Shown here one piece after another: positions 16,915-28,445 of a DNA stretch of 64,000 nucleotides. Position numbers and translations under genes: made by a program. The DNA comes from Octopus vulgaris (taxonomy: Eukaryota). Position 1 is the stretch's first letter. Every line of letters starts with the position of its first letter. The notes beneath the pieces are model-generated. The model saw only the letters and a list, made by a program, of their open reading frames with translations. It did no database searches and was not told the origin of the DNA. The DNA is taken from positions 20,708,001 through 20,772,000 of the forward strand of contig OX597821.1 of the NCBI GenBank assembly GCA_951406725.2. Reading direction: 5' to 3'.

Positions 16915-17565
16915 GTTTTAAAACTCTGATGGAGAAGTAAGTAGTAAGAGTACTACAGAGTAAAAGTGTACTACCGACGTACAACTGCGCCCGTACACCT
17001 CGAACAAGGGAGCCACTGTCCCCGATCAGCCTTAAACGGTACCTGGGTTTCTGGGTTATTTCTCTTCATCGGCACAGAGTAACCGTTGGCTAGAGATAGC
17101 TGCACTAGGCATTGTTCGAGGTATATACTTTACGTTGGCAAATAGATTTTAATCTATAGTACGGTTGCTACTTACTTCTCGCTCAGAGACTTAAAACTAA
17201 TTGTTTTCGTCTTTACGAGATCAGTGAATATGTGTCACTTTAAAAGTATATACCTCGAACAAGGCCTAGTGCTGCCATATCTAGCCAACGGTTATTCTGT
17301 GCTGATGAAGCCAAATAGCCCAGAAACTATGGTCCGCAGATACCATCTAAAACTGAGTGGTATAAGGATGCAGTTGTGCGTCGGGAGACAGCTGACAAAG
17401 ATGTTTCCCCGGGGCTAAATAAGCAGTAACATCGTCCTAATGAGGACTGCCAATTTACGTTGGCAAATGGATTTTACTCTGTAATACTGTTACTACTTCT
17501 CGCTCAGAGACTTAAAATTGTTTCTCATTTTAGGAGATTAGTGACTGTGTCACTTTAAAAGTGAC
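16915..17565. mobile_element. PLE-like terminal repeat complex with inverted and direct copies and hammerhead motifs
   Basis: 17045-17130 is the inverted copy of 17243-17328. 17128-17243 is directly repeated at about 17453-17560 and partly inverted at 16915-16968. Confidence 0.6.
17296..17340 (+). ncRNA. Type I hammerhead motif with decayed stem II
   Basis: UCUGUG-CUGAUGA-AGCCAAAUAGCCCA-GAAAC-UAUG-GUC-CGCAGA. Stem I is 6 bp and the triplet is GUC, but stem II pairs poorly. Confidence 0.55.
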
Positions 17566-17605
<40 letters not shown>

Positions 17606-17639
17606 CGATACGGGCAGCATCATTACCGCGGGTTAATAT

Positions 17640-18300
17640 TTATCTCCACTTAACCGTGGATGTCCTATTAGAACAGATTTTAATGTGGTAAAAAACTTGA
17701 GAGAAACTTTTATATAGGCTTTCGGTACAAAATGCACGCTCGTTCATGACACTAACGGGGAGATAAATCCCTACCGAATCCAGCGCCAAGACCACCAGAT
17801 CTCGTAAAATTTCAGCCATATTTGGTCTCATTAATGCTGGACACTCCACCGCTGAATATAGCAGTGACTCGACTCCCCGCCAGCAATATAATATACCTAA
17901 CGGAATATCCGTGTTTAAGTCGTGAATAACTATTACTTTGAAAATGGTGTCAAGCAAAATAAGCATTGAAATATTGCTATCTTGCTCCGATTTCCTTGAA
18001 CTCCGGCATAACCCTGTGGTTTACAGAGGTCATTCGATCCGGCTTCTCTATGCAAACCAAACTGAAACACCTATAATTTTTGGTCGTCTAACCGCTTGTA
18101 AGTTGCCTAGTTTTGCTGCAAATATGTTATGTCAAAATTGGAAGTAATTTTCCTAGGTATGACCCAGTGGTATGAGACGTTTGACTAGTGTGAGAGACGC
18201 TAACTCATCTTCTCGCCTTATTGCATACCTAGTTTTTTGACTAAGCACATAAAGCTGCATGGAAATCACATCGCCACAGGCATTCGTCTATTTGTTTATC
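17640..18300 (-). pseudogene. Highly decayed PLE 3' end (GIY-YIG remnant plus degenerate hammerhead)
   Basis: The minus strand at about 17808-17833 reads TTAATGAGACCAAATATGGCTGAAA, resembling CTGATGAGGCC..GGCCGAAA. Upstream there is fragmentary FA-E...LCK similarity to PLE endonuclease ends. Confidence 0.35.
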
Positions 18301-18609
18301 TTACGTACACTGTATGAATCTGCACATTTCGAGAAGCACAGGTCCTTACTCGTTTGTCAACCAGCCACAGAACGAGATAAATTCTTCCCGTAGTTCCTTT
18401 TTCACGTGGCTTACAGACTCAGGCGTGACTACATGCAAAGAATTTTGCTTACCAACGTTTGGTGGGATTGTGTGTACATATGTGCACGTTTGTGTGTGTG
18501 TGTGTATGTGTGTGATTAATATTTGTTGGGGTGTTGTGTGTGCGCATGTGTGTGTATATGTTCGCGTGTGTGTATGTGTGCGTCTGTGGGTGCGTGTTTA
18601 TATTTGTAT

Positions 18610-19370
18610 GTTTGTGGAAAGGATGCATCCCGATGGTTAGGCGATCCATTTGCTGCCAACACCCGTTAAAAGGAGGGCTGGGCATGCTGTTGTTGATGAT
18701 GCGCAGACACGCGCTGGGACTGCGACATCTCCGGCTCTACGTAGACGACGGTGAACAGGTGTGGTCGCCGTTTGTGAGGCACGCTTTGCCGCATCTCGTC
18801 TCCTTGAAACTGGAAGGAAGAGCCATTTTCATCGTACCTGTGTCTAAGGCGAAAGAATGTGTATGGTTGACGCGTCTGAAAGGATTGGAGACAAACACTT
18901 TCCTCTTTGGTCAATCTCTCACCAACTTCTTCAAGTATCACTTGAAGAGGAAGCTGAGAGTAGAGAGGGAAGTTTTGTCTAGTGAACGTTTCAAAAAAAG
19001 ATGGGTGAATGAAGCAAGTATGGCGCGTGTGATTGACGAAGCCAGCTTGAACATAATCCTATGAACCAAAAGAAGAAAGGGGAAAAAAGAGTCACTTACT
19101 GTTATGCTTTTTTTAATGACATTATTGCCCGAGGTTACCGTGGTCTATTCCATAGGCTTTTCTTTCCATGGATAAACCTAATCTGTTTCCCCTTTTTACA
19201 CTGACATTTCTGTGACACACGGTCCCTATTGATCGGCCTTTTTTTGTTTTTTACGATCCCTTTTGATCGAATTTCAAACACCCTTTTTTCCGTCTCTTCC
19301 CTAAAAGAAAAGCTCTACTTTGTATTTTGTCCACTCTGTGTTCAGCCCTATGTCACCAATAAAGAAACAT
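18610..19370 (+). mobile_element. L1/Tx1-clade LINE 3' fragment, internally deleted
   Basis: VRRSICCQHPLKGGLGM..MRRHALGLRHL matches ORF2 at 22027-24654. It ends in the tail TGTCCACTCTGTGTTCAGCCC..AATAAAGAAA. Confidence 0.85.
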
Positions 19371-19851
19371 GTATGTCTGTCTGTCTGTCTGTATAAGTGT
19401 ATATTTCACAAACACAAACACGCACTCTCTCTTTCTCTCTGTCTTTCTCACTCCCACCCCGAGTTTGTCATATACTTTAATGAGACAATGAGTTGAGAAA
19501 CAATAAATCTGTGGATACCCATTTATGTAGGTGAGCGGTTCCTGTTCTCTAACCGGAAGTTCGTCGTACGCATAGCAGAAATATGTATATGTCTAACTGT
19601 TCATTGTACTCATCCCTTTTGTGGATGAAGATAATCACGATGTTATTAACCTACGTTTCACCTTCTTCTGTTTGATCGTGCTCAGAGACAATCTAACCAT
19701 GGCTACATGCTCCTATCGATATAGTTTATCTAGAGCAACATCATTAAGGGCTCGTGTGAACTACAAGACTGCAGCTATCTAAACGAATATGTAATGGTCT
19801 TGGATCTGATGTCTAATTTGGTGGTGTACACTTTAGTCTAGTTTTATTCTA

Positions 19852-20230
19852 AGCTTTTACTTGTTTCAGTTGTTAGACTGCGGCCAAGCTGGGGCACCGC
19901 GTTGAAGAATTTGTATTCGAATCAATCGACTCCAAATATTATTTTATGTTTTAAGCCCGGTATTTATTCTATTTTCCCAAACTGCTAAGTTACGGGGGCG
20001 TAAACACTTCAACAACAGTTGTCAAAACCACAGAGACGCAAAGGTACACTCGTACCCACCACACACACAACTATATATATTATACATACGAAAGGCTTCT
20101 TTCAGTTTCCGTCTACCAAATCTACTCACAAGGCTTTTGTAGAAGACAATCGCCCAAGGCGCCACGCAGTGGGTTTGAACCCAGAACCATGTGGTTGGTA
20201 AGGAAACTTCTTACTACACAACCACGCCTA
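19852..20230 (-). mobile_element. SINE family B
   Basis: Homologous to 61420-61862. Confidence 0.82.
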
Positions 20231-20476
20231 GGCCTAGTATGTGAAAGTGGTAGAATGGAATTGGCAAAATTCGAATAAATCGTGCAAAACACACAGGTAC
20301 ATGTCAAATTCAACCGTGAGTGTATATATATTGATTTGGGGACTATTTAGGAACGTTGAACTAATTTTGGCGTGTACAATTGTATTAAAAACGTTCGTGT
20401 CCACTTGAATGTGGAAAACCTACGCTACAGAAATTATTTCGAAAGGAAACAGTCTTTTAATATTAATAAGCATAAG

Positions 20477-20690
20477 TCAGCGAGCAGGCAGTAATGTAAG
20501 CATGCCGCACAAAATCCTGAGTGGCATTTCGTCCGTACTTACTATTTGAATTCAAATTCTGCCGAGGTCGACCATCTCTTTCATCTTTTAGGGGTCGATA
20601 AAATAAGTTCAAGCTGAACACAGCGGTCCATGTAAACGAATTACCATTTTTTCCCCAGATTTATTGGCCTTGGGTAAAAATTTGAACCTT
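20477..20690 (+). mobile_element. SINE family A, degenerate
   Basis: GCGAGCAGGCAG head and TTCAAATTCTGCCGAGGTCGAC..GGGGTCGATAAAATAAGT core. Confidence 0.7.
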
Positions 20691-22026
20691 ATTAAAAAGT
20701 CACATTTAATTGTAGGCCACAAGCCCTTCTAGGTCAATACTCTTTCTCTGCTACGGACACCGAGTGGTCATTCAAAGTAAAAAAAAAAAAAAAAACAGCA
20801 ACAAAGGGGGGGGGGTTTATAGGAACAGTAAATGGTGCATTTACTGATGTGAGCGAAGTTTTGTAAAGTTTGAATTAATTGATTGGAGGTACACTGATTA
20901 GCGTTGAAAGAAATGATGAACACAATTATATTCAAGTGTTTTTGTGTTTCCGAGTGTACACGAACATCTTCAATATGACTGTACACGCCCATAGATATAT
21001 ATGCATATTTGTGTGTGTGTGTGGGGGGGTATCTATCTATGTGCGTCTGCATAAATAAAGGGACACAAGAGAAACAAAAATTCACAAACACACATTTGTA
21101 TGTATATGTAAACACAAACACACATATATGTACACGCATAAACACACACACAGATATATCTACAAGTATATATCAAAAATACACATTCAGCAAATCTGAA
21201 AGTGAGGCACTTCCATTGAACGTGATTAATTGTCAATTAAAAATTAATTAGTGAGTTGACAAGTTTGTCTGAATGAAACAATATGGAATATATCGTTCAA
21301 AATTGAAATGCATATATATATATATATATATGAGGGTCGGGTCGGGTCGGGTCGGGTCGAAAGTTCCAGAGGACATTCTTGTTCTTTCGTTTGTACAAGG
21401 ATCGTATTATGATTCGGCTTAAAATAAATTATGGATACAAATATAATGTATAGAAATATATAAAAACCAAAATAGAAAAATAAATGTCTTAGGCATATAA
21501 AATGAGATAACATGAGATATCAAGGTGTTATAAACTTGAAACCTACTAGAATATCATAGATTATATATCAATATTTCTTTATTACCCACAAGGGGCTAAC
21601 GAAGAGTGGGACAATACATCATGAATACAGATGAAATTTACATATAAATGATCTTTAAAAAATTATTATAAGAAATTGAAAACAAAAATCGAAGGATCGA
21701 ATGATACACAAATTTTTACAGCACAACATAAAAACGACACATGAAGTGGGAACACCAGATCCCCCACGAGCCCTGTTTTTCCCACCGAAACTCGGCAGCC
21801 AACTTACAGCGTGTTCATGTGGCCCCTTTCACTCGCAGCAATCGTGCCACACGTTTCCATCTTTTGTCAAACTCACACGCAGACAGACACCGGCCTCTAC
21901 CAACCTGATATAGAAAGCTGCGGTGGTACCAAAGCCGCCGGCATTGCCCGACTTGCGGAAGTGGCAGAGTGCCTTATGGCACTCCGAATACCACATGCTC
22001 GATCTAAGTCTACGACGATACCAGGT

Positions 22027-24654
22027 TTATCTGCCACCGAAACTGACAAAGCTGAGGAACATCTGCCTCGCAAGCGGGGACCACACCCGTTCACCATCCA
22101 GGTAGAGCCAAAGATGCCTTAACCTCAGCGCATGTCTGCGCATCAACAGCCAAGGCATCCCTAAGCCACCCTTTAACGGTTTCTGACAGCAAATAGAACG
22201 TCTTACAAGAGGAGTGCTTCCCTTCCACAAAAAGTGGAAGATCTGCCTCTCCAAATTGCTTAACCACGAATCCGGACAAGGGACGACGGTTAGGCGGTAG
22301 GTGGTGACCGATGCTAAAAACACATTGGCCACCTCCACCCTCCCTTTCAAGGATAGCCACCGTCCGGACCAAGTCCCGACCGCGTGAGCCACCTTGCTCG
22401 ACACCTCAGACCAGTTCTTTTCTATCTGGAGATCTGGACCAAACCAGATCCCTAGCAGCTTAACCGGGCCCTCCGTCCAGCATCCCACGATGCTATTCGA
22501 AGGCATTGACTTGCCCCTCCAGGTGCCGAGTTGCAAGCCGACCGATTTTTCCCGGTTAATCTTTGCTCCTGTCGCCGTCTCGTAAACCTTGATGGCATCT
22601 CCCATATTACGTAGGAGTTCCACCTCGGTCACGATGATGGTGATGTCGTCCGCATACGATGTTACAGATCCTCCACCTCCTGGATTCATCGGGATGGCGC
22701 TCAGCTTTCGCAGCAATGGCTCGAGAGCCATTACATACAAAATCGGGGAGAGCGGACACCCTTGACGAACAGACCGTCTGATGCGGAACGGCTTGTTATC
22801 GTACAATTGTATGATCCACCTGAGGAAGCCAACACCCAGACCGAACTGCGCCAGCACGGACACCAGGTACCGATGGTTCACCCTATCAAACGCTTTACTC
22901 TGGTCTAAATGGACCAGTGCCCCACCTTTGCCAGAGTCATTCCCAAACCCCTCTATGGTGTAGCGTACTAGGTGAAGATTGTCCTGGATGGTTCTTCCGG
23001 GGACCGCACAAGTTTGTGCCTCCCCGATCAGACCACCCGCGACACGCGTCAACCTTTTCGCTAGCACCTTGGCCAAGATCTTCACCTCTGTGTTTAGCAG
23101 AGTGATGGGCCGAAAGTTGTCTATGCTGTCCCCCTTGCTCGGGTCCTTTCTGATCAGCATCACCACTCCCCGACGTACAGATCTGGGAATGAACCCATTC
23201 TGCCACCAGTTCGCGAAAACGCCGGCCAGCACGTTCCCGAACAAGTCTGGCATTCTTTTATATAGCTCGTAAGGTAAACCATCAATTCCCGGCGCCCTAC
23301 CTTCACCGCAGTCGACCAAGACCTCAGCTATCTCCTCAGGCGAGATCGACGCTTCACAGCTCTCCGCGTCCTGCCCCGAGAGGCGCGGCAACCCGGCGAG
23401 GATGTCCGTAAGGTCCACCCTCTCCTCCGGCCCGCCGTCGCCACCGAAAAGCCGAGCGAAGTGCTCTTGAAACGTCCGACACATCTCCTCTGGTTCGGTG
23501 ATCACATCGCCTTGCCCGTTCGTCACAGACTTAATTGTGGAATCGTTTCCACGTTGAGCCTCAACAACTCGTGCCCATCCGGCAGCCTTAATACCCTCGC
23601 ACCCCATTGCGCGAATTCTAGCTCTGACGATACAACCCATATGTTTGGCTTCGAGGTGCTGGTTTAACTCCAGTCTCTTCAGCCTAACCTGGGCTCCATC
23701 GCCAGATCTCATGGCTTCCTCTAAGGCCTTAACTAGCCCCATCTCTTTCCTACGCCCACTAGTTACTAGACCTATGCTGTATCTAACGGACTCGTACTTG
23801 ATGGCTCTTTTGAGGGCGTACCACCATTTGTTGTTAATAATGGAACCGGTTAACGCCCTCTTCACTAATAACTCGATCCGGTTTCTGTACTCCTCAATAG
23901 CCAGAAGGGACTTATTGAGTTTCCAATAGCCGAATCCCTTACTACCTAACTTATCTAGGTTCAGTTCGCCAGTGACCATTTTGTGATCGCTGTAACTGAC
24001 CAGGTGAAACTGTGGACACTTAACTAACCCTTTATCTATTTTTCTAATAAAAATTATGTCTATGTAGGACCTGACAGTCCCGTCGCCACTTAACCACGTC
24101 CACTGTGGAGCGTTCGGGAATTCAAGTCTGTAGGGATCTACCAGCTGAAAGCGACTCAGTAGATCCCGGAAACCAGGGTTTGGTTTTCTATCTTTTGAGC
24201 CAACGCCATCGACGCGCGCATCGACTATGGCGTTAAAGTCCCCTAGCATGACTATGGATTTTGACGTGCCAAGAAACTTCTCCAGGTCTCGATAAAAATC
24301 AGTCTGACTCGAATTAGGTGCGTATACTGCTACCAGCCTGATTTCTTTACCACAACTGAACGTCAGATCTAAGACGGCCAGCCTACCTTCTGAGTCAGAA
24401 AAAATCAACTTTTTCTCTGAGACACTATCTTTTTTAAACAGGACCAACACCCCACTCCCACCCCCCCGCCGGCAAGGAGAAATAAATTTCTCGTAGCCAT
24501 CCAGGAGCGGGAGTAGATCTCTTGGCCCTTCGATTCGCGTCTCAGTAGCTACAATTACATTTAAATTCTGCGACCTGACATCATTTAGTAAACGACCTTG
24601 TTTCCAGTTCGCTGTCAGGCCGCGCACATTTATACAGCCAACGTGAACAGCCAT
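22027..24654 (-). CDS. Tx1/L1 ORF2 endonuclease-reverse transcriptase, C-terminally truncated
   Basis: CINVRGL, VYAPN, GDFN, SDHK, GYWKLN, PGIDGLP, FRPITLLN, LDQSKAFDRV, RQGCPLSP, YADD and GGLG motifs. The likely start is MAVHVG at 24654. There is a short deletion before RQGCPLSP and a larger one after about 21880. Confidence 0.9.
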   Translation of the reverse strand: MAVHVGCINVRGLTANWKQGRLLNDVRSQNLNVIVATETRIEGPRDLLPLLDGYEKFISPCRRGGGSGVLVLFKKDSVSEKKLIFSDSEGRLAVLDLTFSCGKEIRLVAVYAPNSSQTDFYRDLEKFLGTSKSIVMLGDFNAIVDARVDGVGSKDRKPNPGFRDLLSRFQLVDPYRLEFPNAPQWTWLSGDGTVRSYIDIIFIRKIDKGLVKCPQFHLVSYSDHKMVTGELNLDKLGSKGFGYWKLNKSLLAIEEYRNRIELLVKRALTGSIINNKWWYALKRAIKYESVRYSIGLVTSGRRKEMGLVKALEEAMRSGDGAQVRLKRLELNQHLEAKHMGCIVRARIRAMGCEGIKAAGWARVVEAQRGNDSTIKSVTNGQGDVITEPEEMCRTFQEHFARLFGGDGGPEERVDLTDILAGLPRLSGQDAESCEASISPEEIAEVLVDCGEGRAPGIDGLPYELYKRMPDLFGNVLAGVFANWWQNGFIPRSVRRGVVMLIRKDPSKGDSIDNFRPITLLNTEVKILAKVLAKRLTRVAGGLIGEAQTCAVPGRTIQDNLHLVRYTIEGFGNDSGKGGALVHLDQSKAFDRVNHRYLVSVLAQFGLGVGFLRWIIQLYDNKPFRIRRSVRQGCPLSPILYVMALEPLLRKLSAIPMNPGGGGSVTSYADDITIIVTEVELLRNMGDAIKVYETATGAKINREKSVGLQLGTWRGKSMPSNSIVGCWTEGPVKLLGIWFGPDLQIEKNWSEVSSKVAHAVGTWSGRWLSLKGRVEVANVFLASVTTYRLTVVPCPDSWLSNLERQIFHFLWKGSTPLVRRSICCQKPLKGGLGMPWLLMRRHALRLRHLWLYLDGERVWSPLARQMFLSFVSFGGR

Positions 24655-24661
24655 AGTTCGC

Positions 24662-25999
24662 TTACCTTGTTTCGTCTGGGTCCGGCAGACGGGGGAAACC
24701 CGTCTCTTCTGCTTCCAGGGTCCGTGGAATCGGCGTGCTGCTGCTCCTTTCCACATCTTTCAGGGCATCTTCTTTGCTCATTCTGGATGGGCACACATCT
24801 TTCCTGAAGTCGTTCGCTAACGTGTTGAACACTCTCTGTCCCATCACGTAGCACTTCCAATCTCCTCATTTTTCTTCCGTTTCTTCGATGTGTTGCGTCT
24901 CTACTCTGCGCATCACTTCTCTGTTTGAGGTGTTCAACGCAGCATATATCTTGTTTTCTTTATCCGGTTTCTTGGCTTTCTTCACCTCCCTTTTCTCTCT
25001 GCTTTTGGTTTTCTCCGGGGAGGGGTTGTTATGTTTCCGTTTTGTAGCAGCAACTTGTGACCACCCCTCCCCTTCTTCTGGTGCAGGTGTTGTCTCCGTT
25101 ACCGCCACTTGAGAGCTTGGCTTTATGGGCTCATCCTTCTCCTTCTCTGCCGGCTTGCAGTCTTTCTTGATGTGTCCCTTCTTGCCACAGGTGAAACACC
25201 TGGGCTTCCGGCCCTCCACCATTACGGCCATCCGGCTTTCTCCGATTTCAATTACCTCACCTATTTCTTCTAAGACGTCCGGCTCGGCTTGTATTGTTAT
25301 CCTCACCTTCTGCCCCTGCCACTTTTTGGCGTCTTCGACAGTGGTGTCTCGTATTTCCAATTTTTCTTCTAGCCCTGCGGTGACTCCTGCCACTATCTAC
25401 TCGGGCTCGACCTCTGGCGGGATGTTTGTTATTGTTATTCTCGAGACGCGCCTCCCTCTATAGATAGGGAGAAGGGTTATTGCCTCTGTTCTCAGGGGAA
25501 TCATGGACTGCTCCCTTGCTTCCTCCTCTGTTCCAAACCTGGTTTCCACCGTACCATATCTTTTACCCCTGGTTAAGAATTTAATTTTTTCCCAGATGGG
25601 TTTCATGCATAGCTCCACTTCCTTTTCTGAAGAAAAGTCTATCTTCCTTTCTTTGTTACGGTATGTTTTGTACACTATTGTCTTCCTTTCTATCTCTTCA
25701 CGAGATTCTTGTGTCTGGTGTAGTTTTATTTCGTACCCGCTTCTGGATAATGTTTTCTTAACTTCTTCTAGTTTGGTCAAATCTATCTTCCTTCCTTTGG
25801 GGCTCGCCGCTTCGGCGAAGTTCAACATTTTCTTTGCCACGTTTGGCACATCTATATTCCTGCGTACTTTTAACGCTGTTTTGGTTCCCCTGCTTTCCTC
25901 TTCGTCGGTATCCGAGGAAAAGCCGGGTATACCCGTTTTTTCGGGGTTAGACATCGTGCAAGCTGTTATTCTTTCTGGGCTGGACATCAGCCGCTTCAA
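24662..25999 (-). pseudogene. Tx1 ORF1 (gag-like, CCHC knuckle) with two in-frame nonsense codons
   Basis: ORFs 25397-25999, 24866-25393 and 24662-24847 share one frame, separated by TAG and TGA. The knuckle is CFTCGKKGHIKKDC. The frame ends 7 nt before the ORF2 ATG. Confidence 0.82.
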
Positions 26000-26654
26000 T
26001 AATATCAGTCAAATAACAATTCGACTAACAATTCGAAAAAAAACTTACTTTTTCTTTTTTTTTCTTTTCAACAATCAACAGCTGGTAACAAAACACACAA
26101 AAAAAATATTTTCGATCAACAAGCAAACGGCACTACATTTATCGATGAATAAGCGACAGCATAATACCAGGCTTGAAGTTTTTCAAGAGGATCCCACGTT
26201 TAAATAGTTAATCATGCAAATAGTAGCCAATTGGAATATTCCACTCTGTATAATAAAAAAAAAAAATTAAGTTTACAGGTTTGTGCATAAGTGTTCATTG
26301 GATCTAATCATCTAATTGGACCATATTTTCAAAAAGCTTTTATATTCTAAAAAATTATATTTCAAAGTTTAAGAAAATTACAAGATGCTAAATATTTATG
26401 CTTACAACATACTAAAATGTCTGTAATTTTTTATATAGGGGGGAATAAATGAATTCTTGTGTCCCCTATGTCTAATTTTTAAATCAGTAGTACTCCCTAT
26501 ATAAATTTTCCTAAGTCCAAAGCGTTAAACTAATAAACCTGTTTGTTGTTTACACACCCATCTTCGTCTTTTGTTCGTTTCTTTTGTAAATTCCAAATAT
26601 ATATGTATGTATGCGTGTGTATGCATATATGTATGTATATATATATATATATAC

Positions 26655-26698
<44 letters not shown>

Positions 26699-26759
26699 AA
26701 TTCGTAGACAGGAACTAAAACAAATCGATCGTATATATATGTATGTATATATGTAAGTG

Positions 26760-27918
26760 TATGTGTTTTGGTATTGGCAACATGAATGACAATGGCCAGA
26801 GACTACTTGAATTTTGCACATACCTTAACCTGTGCATCACTAACACATTCGTTCCCAACAAGACATCACACAAGGCATCTTGGAGACATCCAAGATCTCA
26901 CCACTGGCATCAGCTGGATCTCATCATTACACGAAGACCCTTTCTCAATTCTGTTCAACTGACTCGTAGTTACCACAGCGCGGATTGTGACACAGATCAT
27001 TCACTAATAAGAAGCAGGGTGAGGATTCTGCCTAAAAAAGTCCATCACTCCAAGAAAATGGGCCGACCACGCATTAACACTGCCAGAACCTCCGACCCTA
27101 CACTGCGACAATGTTTTGCTGTTTCTATCAAAGTTGCCCTCAGTAGCTGCCCAACCACCTCTACTGAAAGTAGGTGGAATTATATCAGGGAAGCTTTGTA
27201 TACCACATCAATAGATACTTTCTGCATGAGAGAAAGGCAAAACCCAGATTTTGTTTAGTGCTGGGCTCTCAGAGCTGGAAACAGTGATCGAAACAAAGCG
27301 TGCAGCTCTGATGTAATACAAGAGTGATTCTTCTACAAAGTCACTCGAAGAACTCAGAAAGGCAAGAAATAAAACCCAACTGACAGCCAGACGCTGTGCA
27401 AATAGGTATTGGCAGGAAATCTGTCAGAGTTTCCAGTCAGCTGCTGACAGTGGAGACACCCGTGGGATGTATGCCGGTTTGAAAAAAACCTCGGTCCATC
27501 CGCAACCAAGTCAGCCTCTCTGAAATCAAGTACTGGGGATCTCATCAAGGACCAAAGTAAGCAAATGGATAGATGGGTGGAGTACTATCAGGATCTCTAC
27601 TCACGAGAGACCACGGTAGCTGAGGCTGCAATCGAGAGTGTCAAGATCTTGCCAATCATGTGTGAACTTGACAGTCTGCCAGCTATAGCTGAGCTCACCA
27701 AGGCTCTGGGAAAAGACGGCATCCCCTTAGAGATCATCAAAACCGGCAAAAACATCATCCTGCTTTGGCACATTCATGAGCTTCTGTGTCAGTGCTGGGA
27801 AGAGGCTACAGTCCCTCAGGATATGCGGGATGCTAACATCATTACGCTTTACAAAAAGAAGGGTGACCGTGGTGATTGTAACAATTACCGTGGAATATCT
27901 CTTCTAAGCACTGCCGCA
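26760..27918 (+). pseudogene. RTE-clade LINE internal fragment (end of EN to start of RT), frameshifted
   Basis: NDNGQRLLEFC..LCITNT..SWRHPRSHHWHQLDLII..DCDTDH and CWEE..VPQDMRDANIITLYKKKGDRGDCNNYRGISLLS, both BovB/RTE-like. Confidence 0.9.
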
Positions 27919-27926
27919 TGATATCT

Positions 27927-28445
<519 letters not shown>

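Larger units (their letters stand above)
21571..26200 (-). mobile_element. L1/Tx1-clade LINE, near full length but defective
   Basis: ORF1 with a zinc knuckle, ORF2 EN-RT, and a 3' UTR ending TTAGCCCCTTGTGGGTAATAAAGAAATAT. The 5' boundary is approximate. Confidence 0.9.

Noticed and set aside
21332-21370. (GGGTC)5 run followed by GAAAGTTCC
   Set aside because: Probably a slipped mariner TIR stub (a similar stub lies at about 47645-47672); no partner TIR found.
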